A DNA stretch of 64,000 nt from NCBI RefSeq assembly GCF_000150275.1, contig NW_002060943.1:6440299-6504298 (forward strand), read 5' to 3'. The position numbers were made by a program, and so were the translations under genes. How positions within the stretch are numbered: position 1 is the stretch's first letter; every line of letters starts with the position of its first letter. Below the pieces are notes generated by a model. That model made no database searches and was not told the origin of the DNA. It saw nothing but the letters and a program-made list of their open reading frames with translations. Source of the DNA: Trichoplax adhaerens (taxonomy: Eukaryota > Animalia > Placozoa). Of the stretch, positions 1-14,200 are shown piece by piece.

Positions 1-1944
1 ATCAAATTTTAACATTGGACTAGATAGACTTAAAGTGGCTGTCCTTACGCATCGGCTTATTAACCTAACCTCCAGATCACTGCTAACAAATGATGAACCA
101 TTTACAAAGTGTGATAATCCTTAGTTTACAATTTCAGGCTTTGACATTATATGTGTAACTATTTAGTGTATACGTGATATCTTTCTCTTGCGATCGCCTT
201 CGGGCGATGCAACTGTATGCATTATTGTATCCTTATCGATGCATATATGTAATAATGATTCAGCTAATATAGATTGTTGATGGTAGTTACAATTAATCAT
301 TTTGTTCATGAGTTCTCGTTGCGTTTTATCGGAATAATTGCAGATCTCGAACGGCGATCAGTCTATTAAATTGAAGACAATGTACTCATATAGCAACGAA
401 TTATGAAAATTTCTTGAACAATCAAACGCATCGCTTTAGTTAATTTACCAAAGTGTCTAGATAATTTTATTTTATGAAGAACATTTGACTGTATTTTCTA
501 CGTTTGTAAGCATTATAGCGTTTTGTATATGCTTATAACATTTCGGCGTCATATTTTCTGATTGTTTCTACACTACAAGTATGTTATAAATCGTATTAGT
601 TAAAATTTAAATGCGTTCAACCATTTATAGACCAGTTAAAATGTGACGCTATCGAAACAATGATGCACACAGCCTTTCAACGTACATTTTACGCAGCATT
701 ATAAAAGGAGAAGTATCGCTAGCTTTATAGAATAGATCGAATACTTAATACTTAACTTGATGACTGTAATTAACCATGCAACAAGCTAGTGGATGACACA
801 TTTATGTTTCGGTTGTATTATATATATGCATATGCTATACAATATATAATAAATTTAAACATGTTTTGACATGACAAACCCAATAAAGGACATACATGTT
901 ATCGATTTGCGCAGAAGTCATTTTTGCGAGTCATTTCGTATTATCTTATAAGGTTAAGATCCATAATTTTATAGCTTGCTATCATCAGAAAATGCTTCAC
1001 ATAGGTAATTAAAATTTTAATCAGTAATGACGGCATAGCATAGCAGCCGATCAGATGATGAATTCTGTTTCGACTATGTAGTGATTTCAGCTAATCACAG
1101 TAGTTTTGTGTACAGACTTCTACTATTTCAAATCTTGAACTTTAGATTTCGAATTTTTAAATTTTTATATATTCATGCTGGATAGAGTTTTCAATGTGAA
1201 GTCGTTCATGTATTTCATGCTCGGAAACATTCCTACTGAAGGTTAATAACTTACTATAGTATTAAAAAGTGCATCCTTGTTACATAAGGACCTTTAGGAA
1301 CTATAGTCTTGGCGGATTGATAACGGTTCGCAATCCTCGATATCAACTTAAAGTTGACAGCTTTATCCAACTAGGATGTTAGGCACTCTTTAACTCGTTA
1401 GAGCCGTCATTGAAATTCCTACTTTATTTTTGGTATTGTTGTATAAGTGATTAATCAGCGTTCTACTCGAGCCAATTCTTTAGTATTATTAGGTTAGGTT
1501 CTCGTTCACCTGTACAAGCTGTACAAACTCATATTTGTTAAAATGCAAAACTGCCGATTGATAAAAAAGCAGGCAGGCAAATTCTCACCGTTAAAATTAT
1601 ATTTATTTACGATTCAAGATAAAGTCAACTTGATCTCTTGATCTAGTGTAAAAGTTAGAATATAAAGTAAGATCAAGAAGCAGATTATGATTAAATAAAT
1701 TTGTCGAGCAAGTATTAATAGGACCTTTAAAAAATGTTTTTATGTTTGGATTCAACTTGAATTGCAACTAAAGTAACAACTGATTTCCTTGCTCTGTGAG
1801 TGATTGCAGCTATAAACTCTCTGCTAGAATCTACCATAAAGAGTATTTAGCTATGCCAATACAGATATTTCCTAGAAATGCTAGCTATTTTAAAATGCGG
1901 ATATGTAAGTTGATATTTTCAACATTACGATAAAATAGGTTAAG

Positions 1945-2041
1945 ATATCATTTAAAAGTTTAAATTTTACATTAAATATCATTTAAAAGTTTAAATTTTA
2001 CATTAAATATCATTTAAAAGTTTAAATTTTACATTAAATAT
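1945..2041. repeat. Perfect tandem repeat, 3 copies of a 31-bp AT-rich unit
   Basis: atatcatttaaaagtttaaattttacattaa at 1945, 1976 and 2007. Confidence 0.95.
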
Positions 2042-2594
2042 TAGCCGGTCAGGTATCGTTAATCAAAAGCATTCAGTTTATGGATATAGCAGATTCTATT
2101 CTAGATTAATTCTTCAATAAATCAAGGTACAGTGTATCGCATTATGCTACACAGTATATACTCACCGAACGAATACCGCTGTATGTCTACATAGAGTCAG
2201 CGGCAACGTTGTTTAAAGTTATACCTATTACATGTATAACTGAAGTCGTTATTTACCGTAATGCTATCGAAAAAGTTAATTTATTCTATCCACCTTTTAC
2301 CTATTATGGTAATCTTGACGGTGAAAAAATAGTTATTTATACTTTTCGTTCTTCAGCTATAATATTAATAAATCTCCACATAGCTGGAATAAAAGAACTC
2401 AAGATATGCCGTTATTTCATAGAAATAATTGCCAATTATAACCAATTTTATTCCTTATTAACTCTTTAGTCGTAGAAACTCCTATTTCATGTTTTTTTCT
2501 TACGTCTGCTCCCATGGCTATATGTAAATTCACAATATGATTATTAGACCAAAGAATATGAATATAGATTATGGATCCATGATTAATTATTATC

Positions 2595-5500
2595 TTACCG
2601 AGTAGCGCCAGCTTTAAGAAGTTTCTTTTTCAGTTCCCCTTTATTATGCATTGCTATCACATCACTAGCACCACCTAAGCATTCGCCATTTAAAAATACT
2701 CTAGGTACCTAATATTGTATGAGCACAACAAAATACATTCACTGCTTTTGCAAAATAATTGTGATCTTAATATTGGTAGGTAGCCATAACTAATCGGTAA
2801 CTTTTCTTTCATTTTATTATACCGTAAAGTTATTATATGTAGCAATGATAACATTTACAACGCTACTATTACGAAACCAATTACTTGAGATAAAAAATTA
2901 TTAAACATTTAAAAGCCAATCTAACGTTTGACTGTAATCGTAATCAAATTGTAATTTCATAACACTTTTAGCGACGTCACTATTTTCAAATTGAAGATCA
3001 TGAACATGAATTGAAACACAAATGGTGCATCATTTTCCCTATTGTTAAAACTGCTTACTTTTATGACATTATAATTTTTTTTTGTTATAGGAATTAAATG
3101 TTATCCTGATTAATTATTTACCAATGAAACTATCTTTTTATTGCTAACGTCACTTCCATTAATCGACTGAAAAACAATACTCATTTACAGAAAAGCTCAA
3201 CAACAACCACAAGATATTCTAGTCTTTAAATAATAGTAATTTTATATTGTCATGACAATAGTTCGTAAACATCTAAATTTCTCTGTACGGAAACCGAAAT
3301 GCTGGAAATTGATCCATTTAAAATTAATTAACTGTAATCGTGTATAACTTATGCTTGAATGAAAGCCAACGAAAAATATTTAATCACTAATTTTTCTGTC
3401 GATACAAATTCGTATAAGATAGTTATACATGAAATGCAGTTGAAAGAGAGTCATTAAGGTACGGTAGCCAATAAGAAATGATGAATGAATAATATTCTTG
3501 CATGATACAGTATTCAAACACTAGGCATCAAGTCTTCCACGAAAAATTTTATCCACTTGCAAATAATATCCTCGTATCGACTTGTAATATGTTGAAATCT
3601 ACGATATAAGTTTTTCAAAAGTGCAAATATGACTGTCATGGTACGCCGTTACTAATTAAGTAACTATAAATTAATGAATGCTTATGAATAGATAAGATAA
3701 GGTTATGTGCTATGTTTTAATGCGCTTGTAGCTGATAATAGGATGGTAGAAATGAGATAAAAATAGAAGTTGTTAGCAGTTAATTTACTGTAGGTTTATA
3801 AGTTGTGTTAATCTCTAAAAATTGAGCTGTATATGGACGAAGGTTAAGCGTCTTAACACCTGATAGCTTGTAGCTATCTAAGTCTGAGGATATCGACATG
3901 TATATTTAGTAATGGTATTATACTAATTAATGTAACTTGTAAAGCATGAATTCTCACTCGTTAATATTGGAATTCACTGTAGAAACCTATTTAAGCGCGT
4001 GTGTTTGTAGAATAAAGAAAGTAATTGCTCAAGAAACGGCAAGACTCATATCGTGAAGAATAGTGTAATAATTAGTCAGTTGTCTGTGGAGATCAGCCGA
4101 GAAATCGAGTTCTCAAATACTTCTCTCATAGAAACTGAAAGTACTGGGAGAAATAGCCCAAGTTTTAAGTAACTACACTAGAGTTCTTTACTTTCCTTTG
4201 CCACAAGTGAGGGTTGTGACAATGACATTATAAATATAGAAAATGACCAAATTCATACTAGGTACGGTATCTAGCCTTTATTTCCTACAACTAATTGAAT
4301 GTCATATATCATCGTTATCGACACATTAAAATAGATTGATGTTTAGAGGAGAATGCCGGTACATTGTGGCAGAATAACAACGCTTATAGTGCTGAATCAA
4401 GAATTTAGGTAATATTACTGTCATTTCTGTACTTGTGGGCTGCTAAAGCTAAGAAATCATATTGGTGCTGATCCTACATTGTAGTGATAAAGAGTTAAAA
4501 GGCCAAAAGTTTCTACGCGAAGTGTTTTAGCGAGTTTAGTAATTCATATGCCTTCAAAAGCCATAACTATAGATATTGTTGAGCATGAAATTTATAGGAT
4601 TTCACTATCTCTCCTGCTAGCGCCGTAAAGCAATAAAAACCGAAGAAAAATCGATATTATACGAGTACTTTACATCAAATAAATACTTGTATCATAGAAA
4701 TATCGATTAGAACCGTTAAGAAGTAGTGTTTGGATAGCACTTGAGTCCGGATGTCTCTAGCTAGCAAAACAAGGACGAGCACACCACTGATCCTATTGTT
4801 ATATGAGCAAAAGCTGAAGAGTTGTAGCATAGTTGCCTAGAGAAGTTAGATTAAATATCTTCTACAACGGCGGTATATGATTATGATGGTTATAGAACTA
4901 TGACATGCCGTATAGTACTGTAGACGAAGGAAACAAACTAGGTCTCAGATCTATGGTTCCTTCATAAGGCTGTCATAAAGATAAAAATGGCATTCAAAAT
5001 TGGGATATGTTACTTACTTAGTGCTGAAGAATTTCATCTGAGTACTATAAATTTAGCAATGATACTCTTACAAATATTATAATCGTATTAGATAGAGTGG
5101 GCATTTAGTCAGATTTTTTCTGTATAAATTGGAAATGTGAATCTTTAATTTGTCAATTTAATGCTATTTTCAGCACAAATAATTAGCCTTAGCGACTGTA
5201 AAACTGTTTCATATTCAATTTCAGCTTCGAAAATAAGTACAGATGCCTCAGATTAAGCATATCCATAAAAGATTATTCGAATTATAGATGATGATAGCAC
5301 GTGATGTCAATAGTACTTTAAGTTCATATAAAATTCCTTAACAGTTCATACATCTTATAAAATCAAGATTTTTCAATAACTACTCGTTTTACTCCATAAA
5401 CAGCTTTTTCTTACTGTTAATACTGACAGCATAGCCATATGAATAAATGCCTAAGCAAAATATTAAAGAGTGAAAAGGTCGCACTGGAGTAATAGATGTG

Positions 5501-7040
5501 AAGAAAAGCGGCGTTAATTTTTAATGGGCCCTAGCGCCTAATTTCTAGTATCCTCAGTTACTGGTTGAAAATTAATATTAAACTATTTTGTTTTCCTGGT
5601 GTATCGAATTAATTTCATCATAAACTTCTATATTGGGATACGTATTGATTCCACTATATATATTTTAGTCCCTTGATAGTTAATTTACCATAGCAGTCGA
5701 TTCTCTTGCAAATTAGTCTCAGTGTGCGTTCTCTGATATTATCATTTACAGAGTACTCATGGTTATTATTCTACGTTTTCTACCTTAGCCAATCAGAAGG
5801 TTTTCTAAATTTTAACTTTCTTTAAACGAATGCTTGAATAAGTATTGCGATAGTAATAGCGAGTAGTTTTAATGAAATATTTCGTATGTGCACAACATTA
5901 AAATTGCCGTCTTGAAATCGATTACGGCAGAAACCTTCGCTAATACAAGTAATTTCGGTTAAATTTACTCATCAACTTGCATTCCATTTTTCTGTCAATT
6001 TTACTAGAATCTAGTTATCAACGATTATAAGGTAATTTATAAGCATTTTTGACTCAGCCAGCTTGAATTTAATTACGTCATGTTTGGAAATAATATTGAT
6101 TGTAGAATTACGATGATTTATTAAAGTTACTTTCTACCAAATGTTATTGCAACAACTTGGTCGAAAAGACTAGAGCAAAAAATTATTTATACTAATTATA
6201 ATTACTATATTTAAATGGATACATTCCATCCGAGGAGATACGGCTTGATTCTCTTTCTGGTCATTTTCAAATAATATGCTTATTGAAATCATGTCATGAA
6301 GGAAACTATATTTTTTTTAAGAGAATTCCAGGCAAATATTAATTCTCCTTTAGAAATAGCCTGCCGTTGTTATGATTACATAGACACTTCTTATGGTATA
6401 TCCTTTAAATTGCCCATCTTCACCGTGGTAGACTGATGAGTATAAAGAACGATAACAATTTATACAATACTATTTCTATTTCTAACTTGTTTCGGTGGCG
6501 ATAAGTATTTCTTCAGTAAAAATTAATACATTGTTATTACTAATAGCCCAATATAAAATGTAAAGCCATAAATGATATCGTTAAGACTATGCACATTAAG
6601 TTATTGAAAATGAAGATATTTCATTAAGATAAAATACTGCAGTTCTGAATTTTAATCCAAATTATAATACAAGGAAAACAGAAAAGTACTACTCAACAAA
6701 AAAACTTTAGATAATTAATAATTGTGTCATGTTATGTTTCTGATAAATTTAGTTTTGCAAAAATGAAAAAACTGCTCTTAGGTTGGTAATTGTAACTTAC
6801 CGTAGAAGCTCCAGTTTTTTGTTGTAAAATATTTTGTATCCTCCTTCCATCGCCACGTAAATCTAATTCGATATATTGACTTCTAACCGATAATTTCTTG
6901 AATAACGCTTTAACGTCATCACAGTATGGGCAATAAGTTTTTGAAAAAACTACTACCTTATGCTTTGCTATGGCATTCTCCACAAAGACTTCCTCAGTTG
7001 ACTTTGGATGGATTGATTTTTTCGATGAAAAGCATCCCAT
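2595..7040 (-). CDS. GLRX: Dithiol (CPYC) glutaredoxin, 2 exons (7040-6801, 2708-2595), 117 aa, ~4.1-kb phase-0 intron
   Basis: Exon 1: MGCFSSKK...VVVFSKTYCPYCDDVK...IELD...IQNILQQKTGAST, then donor GTAAGT at 6800. Exon 2, after a TAG acceptor: VPRVFLNGECLGGASDVIAMHNKGELKKKLLKAGATR-stop. Splicing recreates the glutaredoxin TVP motif; CPYC and GGxxD are present. Confidence 0.93.
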
Positions 7041-10000
7041 AATTTGAAATATTAATAACTAACTATTTAATGATAATGGTTTCTCTTTCGTATGATAGTT
7101 TTACGTCCAAAAAAATGATCAAAAACTATACTTTAATATTTCTATTTTCTGCTTTAATTCAGGAATTCTGTACGATAATTTTAAGAAATTGCGGCTTACG
7201 TTTAGTGTGACTATGTGCTTTAGAATGGGAAGTTTTAATGGGCACAACATTAAAAATAAAGCAACAGACCTAAATCAATTTACTGAATACAATTACCAAG
7301 GTTACATTAAATCGTTCTATTAATTGTTATTAAAAAGAAAAGAACATGACAAAAATTAATAGAATTCATAAGTCAAGATTAATGAGCATATTAGTCAATA
7401 GTAATAATAAAATTTATTGGATGATGAACTACTGTTTATCTTAATGTGTAACATCTGTTTGTATAAAAGTATTTCGGATAGGATGCTTAACCTTTAATTT
7501 ATCATTGCATTCAAAACAACTTCTATTGCCTGCTTTTTTACTACAGTATAAAGTTATATTAAATAATTATTATTAATTCCTTTTATCTATTCCTTACCGA
7601 AAACTAGTCTCGAATATCGCGTTGGATGATTGTAGATTGGCTGACAAAATGACTCTAATTAAGCAAAAATGTTATTTCTATAACATAATACATTAGCTAT
7701 TGTAATGATGATGATATCGGAACCATGGAAAATCTAATCAATTTAATAATTAATCTATTGAATAGGTACGATAACAAATAACTATTTTTTAAATTTTCAA
7801 AATTGAAAGATTGTTATTCTCATCAGGGGCAAACTAACAAGCAAAGTATAAATTGGCTTTTATTCTAAAATCAGCCAAGACAATTGCATTTCTCGTCTGT
7901 TAGAAATGGATTGGATTTTCATATTCATAATAATTTGTAACATAATAATATTAAATATCCTATAGAATATCAAGATTTAACCTAAAGGCCATTTCATTGA
8001 TGCTTTGGAAGTAAAAACAACTCGTACTGTAGTGTTACAATCTCTAACGTCTAATTAAGATTGAGGGTGTGGGTATGTTTAGTTCATGATCTATTTAAAC
8101 TATTTCAATTAAGCACATTTAAATATAATAAACACGCGAGAGTGATGCGAGTTATAAGGAAAACTATGATAAAAATAAGGCTTATTATGGAAGATTTATG
8201 GCATCTACATTGGAGCCGTATATCAAATATTGAATCCTTAGTAAACAGTGCTAAAGCCAGGTATCATTGACTAGGTATCTAAATTTACTTTTCCCATAGA
8301 CTGCTAAATTAATTGTAACCGATAAATAACATACCAGATTTACATAGATGAAAGTATTTAATAAATCTCATATAGTGATTTACTTCCGATCGATTAGCTC
8401 GATATCTTCACTCTTATTGTATACTGTTAGATCAAGCTCTCGAAAAATCTAGACTTACTTTCTGGCATAGTTACCCTATTTAGCTTATCCTTGTCATCAA
8501 TTTTTTACTTACTTTCCATCGCTAGTCAAACAATCGATAGATAAGCTTACATACAGGTACTTTGTTAGTGTTGCCATAGAATAAATTCGGAGTAAAATAC
8601 AAATTTTAAATCGTCCATACTGTGTACAGAGGTATGAAGCAAAATATATTATTCGCGCCTATATGAGCACGAGTAATTGAAAGTTACTCTAGCAATGTAA
8701 GATTGGTATTAGTGTGCGTATAGAGCTAATTGAAAGCACTCTCCCAATTAAGACTTGATTATATGGATTAAATTACTCCCTCATTAAAAATTGGAAGAAG
8801 TAACTTCACATAACGAATACGTAGAATAGTTAATAATAGCTTGTGTAGTTTCCATATTATGATAAAGTCTTTGCATTAAACTTTTTTAGCATGAAAATTC
8901 TGCCATTAGTATTTATATGGTAGCAACTTATTTCTAATAGCCAGTCTTGTACATTTCATACTGACCTATCGAAAAAGTCTTTCAACCTGAAAGAAAACAT
9001 AATACAAGCGATTACAAATTAGGAATAAATAAAATAGATTGTGTCGTGACAATAATCATGTTGTGATTTCCTATTTTTAATATTTAGATTACTAAAAAGA
9101 ACAAGACAATCAGAAAATAACACAAATAATTACCGATGGTAGTTATGGATATATTTATACACAGATACAACATGTAACTAATTAGTCTATGTTACACTAC
9201 CATGAAACTAATTATTGCTTACTGTATTCATGTATCCGGTATCAAATATAATTATAGGTTGCATGTCACATCCGTTATTTATCTACTTTTAGAGTATGCT
9301 GCTATTTTAAGGCTATTGCCTTGGTACTACAGCAATATTGGTTCGCTATCCGATTTGAGGGATGCTATATCTCAAATGAACAGAATTAAGAAACTATAAG
9401 CATACACGCGTTTAATAAATGGATATTCACTGCAAATGACGAATTCACATTATAATTGAATTTTGATATTAATTTGAATATAATTCCCCGCAAAATATAG
9501 CAAGGAGACTTGGCTGAGTGAACTTTTTTTAATATTAATCACTCATGCTGTTGTTCATTAAGTGATTTCATATAAAAGACCACTCTATAGATAATATGTT
9601 AACTTCTATTTGTGCAAACGAACAGAAATAATATACGTGCACTATCATACTAGAATAGTTTTGAATTGCATAAGGATACTGGTAGTTAATGATAAGTTAA
9701 AGAAAAGACTTTAACCAGTAAATAAAGTCATTTCTTTCGATTATTTACTAAATTAAAAAGTAAAATTTGTTCGATTGAACTGCTTGCTATTTGACGTGTA
9801 ATGCTAGCGTCTTCTTAATCTTCTTAATCAATAAAAATTATAAAATTAAGGAGTGCCAATTGCAACTGTAGATTGAGAGTTATGAGTTTGGCAGATGCAA
9901 ACACTTAGTAATAAATATAGGATGACTCATTATGGTGTTCTTTTATAAATTAAATGATGTACATTAACCTCGTGACTTATGGACTAAATGTTGCTATTAC

Positions 10001-10677
10001 AGAATTATGTAAATGTTTATCTACCTTAAAGCAATTAATAATAAGGAAAATTCTTCAGCGGTAGCATACCAATTTAACGTCAATAACACAGATTTTATAG
10101 AGCGAAACTTCCTCGAAATAATTTCTCATCAGCGATACAGCAATATCATGCCATTCTCTTCCGAGAAAATAAAATATAAATGGAAATATTATTGTGTTAT
10201 CTACTTAATCTTGACCCTTAAGTGAAAGATCAGCTGATCTACGTGATAAATAATCAGATATTTTGCAGCAAAACTATGCGGTCTGTATACTATACTGTAC
10301 TCATAGTTAAGGTTAATTTTACTCACTGAAGCTGGTTAAAATTATCTTATCATGTTCAACTTTATATACTATGTTAGCTATTTAAAAGCTTGGTAATTTA
10401 CGCTATTTGTTGATCTGTTGTCTTAACTATGTCTAGTAATAAATTATGTGCTGTTACTGCAGTTTATTTCTCTTTCTCATAAATAATTCCAGTAAGAGCA
10501 TCACATTCATTTCTAGGGACTGAAATTCTTGCTATATTGATAGTGAACGTATAAACATCAAAACTGAGTTTTATGATAACATACTTTAAAGAGCTTTATG
10601 GTAAAGTAGCAACTAATAAAATATTTAACGTAGCCATTTTTAATTCGAAATTGCAAATTATAATTTCCAACCATACA

Positions 10678-10707
10678 AGATACGGTACTGTATCCAGTAC
10701 CGTATCT
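10678..10707. repeat. Perfect 13-bp inverted repeat with 4-nt spacer
   Basis: AGATACGGTACTG-tatc-CAGTACCGTATCT. Confidence 0.9.
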
Positions 10708-11094
10708 GTTAGGGTGGTTAATGACCAATGATTTAGTGTGTCAAGAAAGGATGTTCAAAATTGAAGTAGTAGATATTCTCCGTTACATGCATGGAAAAAT
10801 TATGTAGGCATATGAGAACGCGAACAAAGTACCAGGTTGCAGGTATACGATCTCGAAAATTCATACTAACCCCAAATCGTTCTAATTAAGATACAGTTTA
10901 CTTGCAGCTCGTGCAAACTTCGCTTATAATCTGGGAATATGGCTTCGCGATTAATAGCAAATATGATTCAATTGCTTTATTAGCGATTATCAAGAGTGTA
11001 GTTTTAAATCCACTAGTTTGGGTTTATAATTTGTAATTTATGAACTGTTTCAGCTGGCAAGAAGGATATTAATGTGAAGCTATTACAGCTATTT

Positions 11095-11240
11095 CAAATC
11101 TGAATTAATCAAATAATGTTTTTTTTTTAATCTGTTAGCATTAGCTATATTATCGTATGAAGCTACTACTCTTACCTCAAATCTGAATCAATTTAACTGA
11201 AGTTTTTTAAATCTGATAGCATTGGCTATGCAGCTACTAT
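11095..11240. repeat. Degenerate tandem duplication, ~83-bp period, 2 copies
   Basis: tcaaatctgaat...ttttaatctg(t/a)tagcatt(a/g)gctat...agctactact occurs twice. Confidence 0.75.
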
Positions 11241-14200
11241 CATTTAATACGATGGGATACAACACATAAACTCTCAAGATCTAGTATTATTTTCTGAAGT
11301 CACTTTAGTAAAGTATTACAACTTATTTTTAATACTTGAAGACGTTTGAATGCCAAAGAGTGAAATCACTATCATATAATTGAGGCGAATATTTTCAATT
11401 GAAAAAGTATCCGTACGGCATGTTTTAGGAGTTTACAAAATCTCGTTAACACAGGACATATTATCGAAGAGATTAAGGACATTTAACTATCCTTTCATTT
11501 AATGACACTTTTAAAATCTTATAATTTAACAATCGTGAGTTAGACTATTCTTGTAGGATCTTACAATTTTGACCTTAGCTTTACATGGGGCTACATCGTA
11601 TTCGTCAATAAAATTTGAAATCGAAATAGATTCTATTTTATATGCCACCTCTACATTTATCCAGGTGCGAAGTAAATGTAACGGATAGTGGCGTGTTTAA
11701 AGTAGAAAAAATGCTCCATTTTGACTATCAATAAATAATGACTGCTGAACAGAAATCTGTAAGTCATAATCAATGCATTAGTATTCCATTTTGATGCTTA
11801 CTTTTGATTGCAGCAATATCCCTCGCCAACTATGCTACAATCAATTCTTGATCAGCTCGCTCTGTAAATACTAAAATTAGATTTTACAAGTTTGCCTGTA
11901 GATAGAATTCCAGCTCACCTTCCTTCCTACAGATGCCTAAGAGAAATTATAATACAATAATGCACGTATAAATCAACCTTTTAAAAATTTGCTCTGGAAT
12001 ACTCTTTATATCTTTCTCGCATTTGAGATCACTCGCTCCGTAGTACTTCAGCATAAGATCCATTCCCGGTATGCTATACTGTATACTTGTGTCACGTTCT
12101 GTAATAGTTACATAATTAGTATGTTACCTTCTTTCTATATATGGTTAAATATCACGATGTTATCACGTCAGGCGTATATAGATGTAGTTATGGTACTATA
12201 TTAAGGTTATCTATATATGTATTCTCATGTTGCCATACTTGGCATGATAGTCTATTTGTAATGACTAAACTAGGGAAACCTTTCTGTTAGTGATGATCTT
12301 GTGATCTACGTTAGTAGATCGAAGGTCACAATAAAGAAAGTATATAAACTCTTCATTTTAACAATAAAGTTAGTTCTTCAACTTAATTACTGGGTCTCCT
12401 TGCTGATTGCAGATCTAGTACTTGTTACAAAATTTGGAAGTTGTAACAACTTCCTGGTTATATCGGCAAACTTTCGCAATGTCGACATATAAATTCGATC
12501 TGCAATGCAAGTTCAGATATTCATCTTACAATCGATTAGGCTGCTGAGAAAGTCATTCATGTTTAAGAGCAATATTTATGATCCCGCTACACCGAGTAGG
12601 CCTCCAATATAATTACTTACCTTATAGCATCGAAATTAGCTTTGGTTTATCATTTCGTGTTGAGAAAAAACTCTGAACACGACTAAGAAGCGATTAAAAT
12701 ATAGACTTAGCTATTGCCTTCGTTCTTGTTGTGCAATAATAGTAGTTTCATAGCAAAAGCTTACTTCGGATAGTAAGTATAATCATTATTTCTGAATTCC
12801 TAGATTAGCCTTGCCTAGCAATTTCCTATCTCGATATTCTACATTGAATTGAATGAACGTACGGTAATTTATATCTTCAATTTGGAAAGAAATTGGCTCA
12901 TGCATCACTTTGTTCTTTCACTGAAATCTCTGTATATAATGCCTTTGGCCATTGTCACATATAGCAATATAGCATATTTTTGTATATGTAATCTGTATAA
13001 GTGTCAATCATTGCATAGCAGGTAACTAATTACGATTTGTTCTGAATACATGTTATAGAAGTTGTAGTGCTTTTGGGTTCGCATTTGACCCCTTATTTGT
13101 CTCAGTTTCATTTGTATATTGTACCTTATTGCAACCCATATTTCCTACAAATGTCAAGCGAGACTGTAGGTATTCTTACTTTAATACACGGAAAGTTGAT
13201 TGATAAGCCTATGACTTGCGTGAACAGCTTAGGAATAAGAAAATTATAAAAAATACCATGGAAACTCTTAGCTTTCAACAATAAAATTATTCTCACATCA
13301 TTCCCCTCAATAACTTTTGTCTCATAATAGGCATATAAATCTAGTCTCCAAGGTATAAAAGATCCTATGATCAATTCTATAACAGTATTCAATTTACGGT
13401 TTTCACATGATTTAGAGAGAACGTTTATTTGCTGTTCCAATCGATAATCGAGGTTCGAAAGTTAATTAAAAATAAATGGCTAATGCATTGCCTTTGATCC
13501 AAATAAATACCGGTACATTGAACCACCCTCAGCTAGAACTTTAATTCTATGTTCTCAAAAATTTCGAATACTGACAACCAATTTACTGAATCTGGTAAAA
13601 GGTAAAAAAATTTCATCTTTTTACTAGAACTGATGCCCCCTGCACTTGCCTGATTAAAAGAAACATGAATTAATTAGTACCCTAGTTATAGTATCCGAAG
13701 GATTAGAATAAGGAAATGGTATTAGTGATGTATCTGCTATATGTATTGCTATTTATTTCTGGATCTATTGAAAACTCTTGTAAATTATCTTGTAGCTTTA
13801 GAATTAGTTTGCAGTTAACGCAAAGAATTATAGTTAAATATTCGACATCTCACTTTACCAATTGAAAAGCTAGGATTAGGTATTACGAAAATATTTACTT
13901 TTCCTTATGATATACTATCGCTACTATGTCTTAACACTGAATAATTAGGTAAAGAAAAATTCTTAAAAAGTACTTTCTCATTTGTACAGAAATTTCACGT
14001 ATAAAATTCCATCATAATCGTCATTTGACATCGAGATCTACCAAACTATTCAATCCTCTGAGTTATATTACTATTCTCAGTAAAAGAATCGCATAGTAAC
14101 ACACTCTAACTAATAACATTACCTAATATAAGCTGTAAGCATAGTATCATTAAAGACTCAAATTATGGAAAAAGAAGCTATACTATCAAGGCGAGATATC

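Noticed and set aside
49-120. Possible minus-strand exon at the window start
   Set aside because: Short, no recognisable protein similarity, and not in frame with the glutaredoxin.
2593-2600. GTAAGA donor-like sequence overlapping the glutaredoxin stop, suggesting a Grx-thioredoxin reductase (TGR) fusion
   Set aside because: No downstream exon with reductase motifs (GGGSGG, CVNVGC) is visible in 1-2590, and the Grx fold is complete at the stop. A fusion beyond the window cannot be fully excluded.
6732-6800. C-terminal part of the ORF-track glutaredoxin (VSYNYQP...)
   Set aside because: Read-through into the intron; the true continuation is exon 2708-2595.
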